Part shown: positions 56,674 to 64,000 of the stretch, piece by piece
How positions within the stretch are numbered: position 1 is the first letter of the stretch
How the letters are laid out: every line of letters starts with the position of its first letter
Origin: Chthonomonadales bacterium
Lineage (GTDB): Bacteria > Armatimonadota > Chthonomonadetes > Chthonomonadales > CAJBBX01
NCBI GenBank assembly: GCA_035477595.1
Contig: DATIKM010000071.1
Span: 878-64,877, forward strand
Direction: 5' to 3'
DNA: 64,000 nt
Program-made: the position numbers and the translations under genes
The notes under the pieces: generated by a model
Databases searched by the model: none
The model's input: only the letters and a program-made list of their open reading frames with translations
What the model was told of the DNA's origin: nothing

Positions 56674-57627
56674 TCACTCCTCGAAGAGAGAGCTGATGGA
56701 GAGGTCCTGGTTCGCTCGCCGGATCGCCTCGGCGAAGAGCCCAGCAACCGACAGCACGCGCACCTTCGGATGGCGCTTCTCGGGCGGCAACGGGATGCTG
56801 TCCGTCGTCACGATCTCCGCGATCTCGGGCCGCGAGGCGAGGCGTTCGACGGCATTGTCGGTGAAGACGCCATGGCTGCAGGCGATATGCACCTCCGGCT
56901 TGCACCCTGCCGCCATGAGGGCGTCCACAGCCTCCATCATGCTGCCACCGGACGTGATCATGTCTTCGATGATAACGGGGGCGCGTCCGCGAACGTCTCC
57001 CGCGAGGTGCGTGACCTCCGTGCGCTGGTGGCCGGGGTGGTGCTTGTAGCCGACGGCCAGAGGCGCGCGGAGGCTCGCGACGGCCTGCCGAGTCTTCTTC
57101 ACGCGCCCTTCGTCCGGCGAGACCACTACCATGTCGGCGATCGTCATCTCCCGGAAGTGGTTCGTGAACAGGCGGATCGCCGTCAGATGGTCTACCGGCA
57201 TGTTGAAGAAGCCCTGAATGGCGTCGGCGTGGAGGTCCATGCACATGACGCGATGTGCGCCCGCTGCACCGATCAAGTCCGCCACGAGCTTCGCCGTGAT
57301 GGGCTCGCGCGGCCGGTCCTTCTTCTCCTGCCGAGCGTAGCCGTAATAAGGCATCACGGCGGTGATCCGGTATGCCGACGCACGGCGCAGCGCGTCGATG
57401 CAGATCAGCAGCTCCATCAGCTTGGTGTCAACCGGAGGGCAGGTGGGCTGTATCACGTATACGTCGGCGCCGCGCACCGACTCCTCGAACTTCACATAGG
57501 TCTCGCCGTCGGCGAAACGACTGATGCGCAGGTCGCCGAGCCGCAGGCCAAGCCGGTCAGCGATGGCGTGCGCCAGGTTGGGGTTCGCGGACCCGGCGAA
57601 CACCTTCAGAGCGTGCGGCGACGACAT
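56674..57627 (-). CDS. prs: ribose-phosphate pyrophosphokinase
   Basis: LKVFAGSANPNLAHAIADRLG, RFADGE, DVYVIQPTCPP, VMPYYGYARQEKK, HADAIQGFF, PRPP loop VIIEDMITSGGS. ATG 57627 follows GGGAGA. Confidence 0.95.
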   Translation of the reverse strand: MSSPHALKVFAGSANPNLAHAIADRLGLRLGDLRISRFADGETYVKFEESVRGADVYVIQPTCPPVDTKLMELLICIDALRRASAYRITAVMPYYGYARQEKKDRPREPITAKLVADLIGAAGAHRVMCMDLHADAIQGFFNMPVDHLTAIRLFTNHFREMTIADMVVVSPDEGRVKKTRQAVASLRAPLAVGYKHHPGHQRTEVTHLAGDVRGRAPVIIEDMITSGGSMMEAVDALMAAGCKPEVHIACSHGVFTDNAVERLASRPEIAEIVTTDSIPLPPEKRHPKVRVLSVAGLFAEAIRRANQDLSISSLFEE

Positions 57628-57672
57628 GGTTGGTCTCCCGCATTCGAACCACAGGAACGGCGGAGGAGAGTC

Positions 57673-57704
57673 GGGCCGGCCCCGAGAGGATTCGGGGCCG
57701 GCCC
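57673..57704 (-). terminator. 13-bp perfect GC-rich hairpin downstream of the OMP gene (no U-tract)
   Basis: GGGCCGGCCCCGA-gaggat-TCGGGGCCGGCCC read directly. It lies 46 nt past the OMP stop (57750) and 46 nt upstream of the prs start. Confidence 0.45.
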
Positions 57705-57749
57705 GTGACATCATGGCGCGCTGGTGGGCGCGCGTTGCTCAACGCGTCC

Positions 57750-58322
57750 CTAGAGCCGGTAGCCCAGCAGGACCGTCAGTCCGTCCAGCCGGATGCCGGT
57801 GCCGGTGTAGTCCGTGAGACCGTCGACCCAGTCGTAGTTCAGCTCCACGAACCAGTCCTCGTTCAGCTCGGCGCCGATGAAGAACTTGGCGCCCGGCTGA
57901 ACGGCGCCGCTGATGAACCTGGTGTTGATGAAGAACGCGCCGATCCCGAGGCCGCCATACGCCTGAACCGCCGCTTCCTCCGGCACGAGTGGCCACTTGA
58001 TCTTGACAGACAGCGGGATGGAGAAGACGCGGTGTCCTGCGGCCTCACGCCAGTTCACGTCGGCGCTGAAGTAGACCTCGCCAGCCAACGGTCGGTGAAC
58101 GAAGTTCGGGTTGAAGTCCACACCCACGTACCACCAGGGATCGGCGGCCTGGCGCGACAGCGCCGAGTGGGTGGGCACGAACGCCCCGGCCTTCAGCGAC
58201 CACTCGTGGCGTACCGGCACGTCCATCTGAGCGCGCGCGGCCACGGGTGCCAGCGCAATGGCACCGGCCACGCCTGCGCACAGGACGGCGCGCCACAAAG
58301 ACGTCCAGGGTCCGTACCGCAC
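57750..58322 (-). CDS. small outer-membrane beta-barrel protein (OmpW/OmpA-beta-barrel-like)
   Basis: Signal RAVLCAGVAGAIALAPVAARAQ. Alternating amphipathic beta strands (WYVGVDFN, VYFSADVNW, YGGLGIGAFF, FFIGAELN, FVELNYDW) and a C-terminal LTVLLGYRL. GTG start 6 nt after AAGGAGG. Confidence 0.6.
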   Translation of the reverse strand: MRYGPWTSLWRAVLCAGVAGAIALAPVAARAQMDVPVRHEWSLKAGAFVPTHSALSRQAADPWWYVGVDFNPNFVHRPLAGEVYFSADVNWREAAGHRVFSIPLSVKIKWPLVPEEAAVQAYGGLGIGAFFINTRFISGAVQPGAKFFIGAELNEDWFVELNYDWVDGLTDYTGTGIRLDGLTVLLGYRL

Positions 58323-58438
58323 TCATGTCCTCCTTGTTGCCGCTGCCGTGCGCCACACCAGTGGTGCGGCGCCGGAGGCGGCGCGCATGACCCGAGCGAC
58401 CGAACGCGAGCCCGTGTGCCCTGCCCGAGCTGGCGCCC

Positions 58439-58468
58439 AGTATACCAACCAGCCTCGGAGCGCGTCAA
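58439..58468 (-). promoter_or_regulatory. sigma-70-type promoter TTGACG-N18-TATACT for the OMP gene
   Basis: On the minus strand the -35 is at 58468-58463 and the -10 at 58444-58439, giving a ~110-nt leader ending in AAGGAGG. Confidence 0.5.
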
Positions 58469-58488
58469 ACCGCCGCGCGCACACCCTC

Positions 58489-58527
58489 CGCGAGCCGGCC
58501 AGCTACCGCGAGCCGGCCAGCTACCGC
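58489..58527. repeat. 18-bp perfect tandem duplication (2.2 copies) CGCGAGCCGGCCAGCTAC
   Basis: Copies at 58489-58506 and 58507-58524, plus a CGC partial copy. The second copy contains the TAG stop (58521-58523) of the upstream minus-strand gene. The repeat sits ~20 nt upstream of the OMP -35. Confidence 0.8.
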
Positions 58528-59579
58528 CGGCGCGGCTCGACCACCGTAAGCGTCGCCTCGGCGCGGTTGCGGCTCACGACCAGTAGCGGGTTGTAGACAT
58601 AGGGTCGCTTGGGCGACCACATGCCCGCTCTGCGGATCGCGTCCTCGGCCCTCGGGTTCCGGCCTGGCGCCGCATCCTGCTCCGCATAGGCCAACACCGT
58701 TATCGGGTGCTCGTCGCGCGGAGCCTGAGGCCCGACCTGGATCTCCGCCCGGTAGCGGTCTCCGCCCACCGACTGCAGCTCCACCATCTGCCCAGTCCGC
58801 TCGTTGCGCGCTACCACCACGAACGGCGCCCGGGGCTCGGAAGGCGCCGACAACCGTACGGTCAGGATGGCAGTCTGGCCGCGCCGCACGATGCCAGGCT
58901 CTAGGCGAACATCGGAGAACAGGAAGTAGCCCTCGTCAAAGGTGCTTGCCTCGTTGCCGTAGGGTCTTGCCATGGCCACGGGGTCCATCCAGGCGACGAT
59001 CGCCCTCTGCTCGTGGCCTCCAACGCGATGCACTTCCTCCTGCACCCAGTAGGTCCGCGTCACGGCAACGGCATCCTGATGGCCAGGCGCGGTGACCCTC
59101 ATCGCGATTGCGCCTGGCAGGCTCCGCACTGGCCGTCGGGTGGCGGGGTCCTCCCTGCTGATGACATCGACGAGGGAGACGGCGAGGTTGCTCGCCGTGC
59201 CCACCCCGACGCGGGTAAGCGGGTCCGTGGCGGTGGCGACGGATGCAGCGGCCCGGATGCCGGCCTTGAGAGGCAGGCTCACCATGCGTCCCGCGCCGCC
59301 CACCAGTCTCGATACCTGATGGAAGAAGCCGCCCTGTCGCCTGTTGAGGTTCAACTCCCGCGCAGGCGCCGCCAGTGTGTAGTGCCCGTCTGCGTCGGTC
59401 TCGGCATAGTCGACGACCCGGTTCCTCTGGTCGAACACCGCTACGGTCGCACCCGCCAACGGCGCGCCTCCGGAGAAGACGCGACCGGTGAGCCAGACCA
59501 GGTCATCCGCCTGGGCGCGCTCGCATGCAAACAGAGCCCACGCGGCAACGACTGTACACAGGAAGCTGGTGATGCGCAT
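58521..59579 (-). CDS. secreted protein with N-terminal carboxypeptidase-regulatory-like (CarboxypepD_reg) domain
   Basis: Signal MRITSFLCTVVAAWALFACERAQA. GRVFSGGAPLAGATVAVFDQRNRVVDYAETDADGHYTL is the typical CarboxypepD_reg pattern. The rest is beta-rich and unassigned. Confidence 0.5.
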   Translation of the reverse strand: MRITSFLCTVVAAWALFACERAQADDLVWLTGRVFSGGAPLAGATVAVFDQRNRVVDYAETDADGHYTLAAPARELNLNRRQGGFFHQVSRLVGGAGRMVSLPLKAGIRAAASVATATDPLTRVGVGTASNLAVSLVDVISREDPATRRPVRSLPGAIAMRVTAPGHQDAVAVTRTYWVQEEVHRVGGHEQRAIVAWMDPVAMARPYGNEASTFDEGYFLFSDVRLEPGIVRRGQTAILTVRLSAPSEPRAPFVVVARNERTGQMVELQSVGGDRYRAEIQVGPQAPRDEHPITVLAYAEQDAAPGRNPRAEDAIRRAGMWSPKRPYVYNPLLVVSRNRAEATLTVVEPRRR

Positions 59580-59686
59580 GGACTACACCTCGCCAAGGTG
59601 GGACACGATCGGATTGCGCGGGACGTCGACGACGCCGGCCGCGCTCAGCCATGCTACGCCGGCCGAACATGGCGGGTTCCGGGCGG

Positions 59687-62600
59687 CTAGTCCGGGTAAT
59701 GGCAGTGTTTGTACTTCCGCCGGCTACCGCACCAGCAGGGATCGTTCCGTCCGAGCTTGCGCCCGGCAGCGCGCGGCGCGGCAGCAGGAACGGCGCCGGG
59801 GACGCCGCCGGCATCATCCGGAGCGGCATCGAAGGTTGGGTACTCGCGGCGCGGCCGCGGAGACTCGGCGACCGCCTGTACGTGGAACATCGTGCGCGCG
59901 ATCTCGTCCTGGATCGAGTGCTGCATGTCCTCGAACATGCTGAAGGCCTCCCTCTGGTAATCCAGAATGGGGTCCTTCTGCGCATACCCGCGCAGGCCAA
60001 TACCCTCACGCAGGTAGTCCATGTTCGCCAGATGCTCCATCCACTTGCGGTTGATGGCCAGGAGCGCCACGCGGCGCTCGATGTCGCGCATGGCCTCCGC
60101 CTCGCCGGTTACGTCGCCGACCTCGCGCTCCTTTCGCTCGTACGCGTCGCTGACGATGCCGGTGAGCTGCTCCTTGAGCTCATCGCGTCCCTTGCCGCGG
60201 AGGTCGTCCGGCGTTACGTAGAGGCTCAGCGGAAAGTACTGGTCGAGCCCTTCGTGCATCTGGTCGATCGCCCACTCCGTCTGGCGCTCAGTCTCCGGGC
60301 AGAACATATCGACGGCGCTGGTCACGGTCTGCTGCAGGAACCCGAGGATCGTGTCGCGCAGATCGGCGCCCTCCAGGACGCGGCGCCTCTCCCGGTAGAT
60401 GATCTCGCGCTGCTTGTTCATCACGTCGTCGTACCGCAGGACATGCTTGCGCATCTCGAAGTGGTGCTCTTCCACCTTCTTCTGGGCGCGCGCGATCATG
60501 CGTGACAGTATCCTGGCGTCCATCGCCTGGTCATCGGGCCACGTGCGCAGGAGCGGGTGCTGGGTGCGATCCCCGAACAGGCGCCAGAGCTCGTCCTCCA
60601 GGGACACGTAGAAGCGACTCTCTCCGGGGTCGCCCTGGCGACCGGAGCGTCCACGGAGCTGATTGTCGATCCGTCGGCTCTCGTGGCGCTCCGTGCCGAG
60701 GATGAAGAGCCCGCCGCGAGCACGCACCTCATCTGCCGCCCGCCCGTGCTCCTCCGGTGTCAGGGTGGTAACCGAGTCCAGGACGCTTCCGGCCTTGCCG
60801 CCGCGCCGGAACGAGAGCGCTGCCACGATCTCGTCCTGCTCACCATCGTCGGCGTCGTCGCCAGTCGCCTCGGCGTTGTCGGCGGGCGTCTCGCTGACCG
60901 GCGCCAGCTCGGCGTCCTGCCCGGGCGGAAGCTCCATGGCCTGTGGCTTGCCGCCCAGGATGATGTCTACGCCTCGACCGGCCATGTTCGTCGCGATCGT
61001 CACGCCGCCGAGGCGTCCCGCTTCGGCGATGATGATCGCCTCCTTCTCGTGGTACTTGGCGTTCAGCACGTTGTGCGGGATGCCGTGCACCAGCGATTCG
61101 CGGAGTCGCTCGAGGTAGCCATCGTCCTCTGGCAGCTGCAGCATGCGCAGCAGGGCGCGGAGGTTCTCGTCCGCCAGCGGGTCCGCAGGGACCCCGAGTT
61201 CGCGCGCGATGATGGCGAGTTTGCCCACCGTCACGCGGTCCAGGTCGCTGTTCAGGACCTCCGTCCATGCCTCGCGCTTTGCCTTCTCGACGGCCTTCGA
61301 CGCCTCCATGCGCTCCCGGACGATGGAGACCATCCCGAGCACCTGCAGCCGGTCAGACGTGATGCGGGAGGACACCCTCTCGGACATCTCGATGGAGCGA
61401 GTGCCCACCAGCACGGGCTGCTGCTTCGTGGCGAGCCGCAGAATCTCCGCGGCTATCCCCCGGAGTTTGTGCTCGGCGCGCTTGTAGATCACGTCCGCCT
61501 GATCCATGCGGATCATCGGCTGATGGGTAGGCACGACGACGACGTCGAGCCCGTAGATCTTGCGGAACTCGTCTTCCTCGGTCTTGGCGGTGCCCGTCAT
61601 GCCGGCCAGCTTGAGGTAGAGCCGGAAGAGGTTCTGGAACGTGATGGTCGCAAGGGTCTGAGACTCATGCTTGATCGGAACGTTCTCTTTGGCCTCGATC
61701 GCCTGATGCAGTCCGTCCGAGTATCGCCGACCGAACATCAGGCGGCCGGTGAACTCGTCCACGATGATGATCTCGCCATCCCTCACCACGTAGTCGACGT
61801 CCTTCTTGAACAGCGCGTGCGACTTCATGGACGCGGTGATGTGATGCATCAACTGGGGATCGTCCGCCACGTTGTTAACGCCGAGCGCTGACTCAAGGCG
61901 AGCGACGCCGGCGTCCGTCATCGAGACCGTCTTGGCCTTCTCGTCCACAAGGTAGTGGATGCTCGGGTTGTTGCGGTCGCTGCTCGGGTCGTCTTTCTCC
62001 TGCTGAGACTTCGCCTCTCTGCCGGACCTGAGCGTTCGGACGACACGGTCCACGCGTCCGTAGACGCTCGTGTCCTCCTCCACGGCGCCGGAGATGATCA
62101 GCGGGGTGCGGGCTTCGTCGATCAGGATGCTGTCGACCTCGTCGACGATCGCGTAGTGCAGATCCCGCATGACCAGCTCCTCCGCGTCGAACGCCATGTT
62201 GTCGCGGAGGAAGTCGAACCCGAACTCGTTATTGGTGCCGTAGGTGATGTCGCAGGCGTATGCCTCGCGCCGGGAGATCGCGCGGCAGTAGGTGTACCGC
62301 GGATCGGGGTCCTCATAGTCCGGATCGAAAATGTAGGAGCCGCCGATGTCTCCTGTCTCCGGGCTCTGCCCCTGAATGATGCCGACCGTCATCCCCAGCA
62401 GATGGTAGATGGGCCCCATCCAGACGGCGCCAACCTTGGACAGGTAGTCGTTCGCGGTGACGAGGTGAACTCCGCGGCCGGCCAGCGCATTCAGATAGAG
62501 CGGGAGGGTGGCCATCAAGGTCTTGCCCTCTCCGGTCTTCAGCTCGGCGATGCGGCAGTCGTGCGCGACCATGCCGCCGATGAGCTGCACGTCAAAGTGG

Positions 62601-62923
62601 CGCTGCCCGAGCGTGCGTCGGGCTGCCTCGCGGACGACGGCGAAGGCCTCTGGCAGGAGCGCGTCGAGCACTTCGTCGAGGGCCTTGCGCGTCTTGTCGC
62701 GGCGCTCCGAATCCAGATGCCCATCGCGCTCGAGCTGCTCCATGTTCGACGCCCACTCGCTCTGGACTCTGTCCCTGAACTCGTCCGTCCTAGCCCGGAG
62801 CTGCTCGTTCGTGAGGGCCTGCACCTGCGGTTCCAGAGCCGTCACCCGGTCGGCAACCACGCGGTAGCGAGCGATATCGCGCTCGTTGCTGTCCACGATC
62901 CTGCGAAGAAGGTCGACTACCAT
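59687..62923 (-). CDS. secA: preprotein translocase ATPase SecA
   Basis: QLIGGMVAHDCRIAELKTGEGKTL is the DEAD motor. VTANDYL. IVDEVDSILIDEARTPLIISG. GRGVDIILGG...GGLFILGTERHESRRIDNQLRGRSGRQGDPG. The C-terminal zinc motif is GRNDPCWCGSRRKYKHCH. 1078 aa. Confidence 0.95.
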   Translation of the reverse strand: MVVDLLRRIVDSNERDIARYRVVADRVTALEPQVQALTNEQLRARTDEFRDRVQSEWASNMEQLERDGHLDSERRDKTRKALDEVLDALLPEAFAVVREAARRTLGQRHFDVQLIGGMVAHDCRIAELKTGEGKTLMATLPLYLNALAGRGVHLVTANDYLSKVGAVWMGPIYHLLGMTVGIIQGQSPETGDIGGSYIFDPDYEDPDPRYTYCRAISRREAYACDITYGTNNEFGFDFLRDNMAFDAEELVMRDLHYAIVDEVDSILIDEARTPLIISGAVEEDTSVYGRVDRVVRTLRSGREAKSQQEKDDPSSDRNNPSIHYLVDEKAKTVSMTDAGVARLESALGVNNVADDPQLMHHITASMKSHALFKKDVDYVVRDGEIIIVDEFTGRLMFGRRYSDGLHQAIEAKENVPIKHESQTLATITFQNLFRLYLKLAGMTGTAKTEEDEFRKIYGLDVVVVPTHQPMIRMDQADVIYKRAEHKLRGIAAEILRLATKQQPVLVGTRSIEMSERVSSRITSDRLQVLGMVSIVRERMEASKAVEKAKREAWTEVLNSDLDRVTVGKLAIIARELGVPADPLADENLRALLRMLQLPEDDGYLERLRESLVHGIPHNVLNAKYHEKEAIIIAEAGRLGGVTIATNMAGRGVDIILGGKPQAMELPPGQDAELAPVSETPADNAEATGDDADDGEQDEIVAALSFRRGGKAGSVLDSVTTLTPEEHGRAADEVRARGGLFILGTERHESRRIDNQLRGRSGRQGDPGESRFYVSLEDELWRLFGDRTQHPLLRTWPDDQAMDARILSRMIARAQKKVEEHHFEMRKHVLRYDDVMNKQREIIYRERRRVLEGADLRDTILGFLQQTVTSAVDMFCPETERQTEWAIDQMHEGLDQYFPLSLYVTPDDLRGKGRDELKEQLTGIVSDAYERKEREVGDVTGEAEAMRDIERRVALLAINRKWMEHLANMDYLREGIGLRGYAQKDPILDYQREAFSMFEDMQHSIQDEIARTMFHVQAVAESPRPRREYPTFDAAPDDAGGVPGAVPAAAPRAAGRKLGRNDPCWCGSRRKYKHCHYPD

Positions 62924-63044
62924 CCCGTTTGCACCGCCTGATCAGTAGAGGGGAGTCATGTGTCGGACGCCATCGGCTGCCAAGCACACGCACAGCCGCC
63001 GTCAGCCCGTCGGCAGGGCGGATCGGCGGCTGCGGATCGGCCAC

Positions 63045-63073
63045 AGTATACCGTTGCGACCGGCCCGTGTCAA
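63045..63073 (-). promoter_or_regulatory. sigma-70-type promoter TTGACA-N17-TATACT for secA
   Basis: On the minus strand the -35 TTGACA is at 63073-63068 and the -10 TATACT at 63050-63045, giving a ~115-nt leader to ATG 62923. Confidence 0.55.
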
Positions 63074-63226
63074 ACCCGCGACGGCGCGATCCGGGCGCGG
63101 TGGCGGAGGACAGGTTGCAGGCTGTGCCTGTGATGGCGGCGAGCGCCCCTGGCAACGATGCCCGCGGCATGCGCGCGTGCTTGCCATCGTCGGTCTGCGC
63201 GCGCCACTCGACGAAGCGACGGTTCG

Positions 63227-64000
63227 ATGCATACGCTCGCCGCCGACGCGTTGGACCCCGAACCGGACCTGGTCGTCCACATTGCGGGAGAGCCCGGCGA
63301 GGGCGTCGTTACACTCGGTGAACTCGCCGTACGGCCTCTGGCCTCTCTCGGCTTCCAGGTCTGCACGTCCCACTCGTTTGCCGCCGAGGTCCGCGGCGGG
63401 GCGGTGATGTGCCAACTGCGGATAGCGGCCGAGCCTCCACTCACCCATGGCTACGAGGCCGACATCGTGCTTGCGATCGGCGCCGACGGACTGGAGCGCT
63501 CTGGCGAAGGCCTGGCCCCGAATGCTCTGGTGCTGCTCGACGAGGGCGCTGCTGCCGACAACCCCTCCTTCCTGATGGCGCCGCATGGCCGCTGCATGGC
63601 GTTCGCGGGCGCGCGCTGCTGGTGGCCACAGGAGTGCGCATTGCGACTCCGAGCCCCAACGTGATCATCGTGCCGCGCGATGAAGACGCCTTCTCGATCG
63701 GTGCGGAACACATGGATCACTGCGCTCGCCGCAATGCCCTGTGTGGCGCTCCACAACGGGGCGTACGGCGTTGCCATGGGCTAGGTGTCCCCTGCCTCGC
63801 CGCTCCTGCTCGCATCGGAGTAGAGCTGTGCCGCCCCCGTGAGACGCTGGAGGACGAGTCCCTATGGGCCTACCGACGCGCCGCTGGACGCCATCGCGCA
63901 GGCGATCGCGTGGGACACCTCCTTCGTAGCGCGTGGCTTCTACTGTGACCGGCCAGGCCTCACGGCCACGCTGGCGGACGCGCTCTGCCATACCAGATCT
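63227..64000 (+). pseudogene. disrupted 2-oxoacid:ferredoxin oxidoreductase remnant (gamma-domain N-terminus joined to beta/TPP-domain fragments), runs off the window
   Basis: Frame 2 from ATG 63227 gives VVHIAGEPGEGVVTLGELA...SFAAEVRGGAVMCQLRIAAEP...ADIVLAIG, which is OFOR gamma-domain-like. Frame 1 (63601-63733) gives GRALLVATGVRIATPSPNVIIVPRDEDAFSIGAEHMDHCARRNA, which is KorB-like with GDGD replaced by RDED. Frame 2 again (63737 onward) gives PCVALHNGAYGVAMG-TAG-VSPAS...-TAG-...PYGPTDAPLDAIAQAIAWDTSFVARGFYCDRPGLTATLADALCH. The two in-frame TAG codons are at 63782-63784 and 63821-63823. Confidence 0.55.

Noticed and set aside
59687-62923. SecA length (1078 aa) and the acidic insert (…ELPPGQDAELAPVSETPADNAEATGDDADDGEQDE…) as something unusual.
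   Set aside because: The insert sits in the region between GRGVDIILGG and GGL.ILGTERHESRRIDNQLRGR that is known to be variable in length among SecA proteins. All catalytic motifs and the zinc-finger tail are intact.

Overview
GC-rich (roughly 68-70% by eye) bacterial chromosomal segment. It is densely coding, with about 60 CDS and 2 tRNAs, and is mostly housekeeping. No CRISPR array, transposase, integrase or phage genes were seen. Taxon is not determinable by eye. An outer-membrane beta-barrel protein, a LolA-like protein and SecA suggest a diderm. Recognisable content in order: a truncated SMI1/KNR4 gene, rqcH, rpsF-ssb-rpsR, a large unknown membrane protein, an SDR, hslU (no adjacent hslV), tRNA-Ala and a CPD photolyase. 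Next come three tandem PilT-family ATPases, MTAP and a YfhO-like membrane protein. A 12-gene same-strand run follows: CBS protein, Liv-type ABC importer, DUF2993-like protein, gcvT-H-PA-PB and a lipoate ligase. Then: a CheY-like regulator, a Gfo/Idh/MocA oxidoreductase, a bifunctional nuclease, rho, hpt-guaA, tRNA-Gln, TauE, LOG, a sugar-phosphate isomerase, methyltransferases and an NDP-sugar dehydrogenase. An orphan ParA-like 3-gene cluster follows, then M29 aminopeptidase, fcl-gmd, GH116, a homocysteine methyltransferase/MTHFR fusion, ndk, VOC, NIF3, prs, an OMP and secA. The main items for a second look are listed here. (1) A ParA-type ATPase sits between two translationally coupled unknown proteins. 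(2) A pilU-like/pilT/pilT triplet is preceded by an unknown anchored secreted protein. (3) A decayed 2-oxoacid:ferredoxin oxidoreductase remnant at the right edge has frame switches and in-frame TAG stops. (4) Back-to-back consensus promoters drive the rpsF operon on one side. On the other side they drive a 26-nt perfect palindrome plus a 50-aa basic ORF. (5) A sharp, recurrent TTGACx-N17/18-TATACT promoter signature stands out against the GC-rich background. CDS starts were chosen by me from the ORF track using homologous N-termini, RBS and overlaps, and are less certain than the stops.
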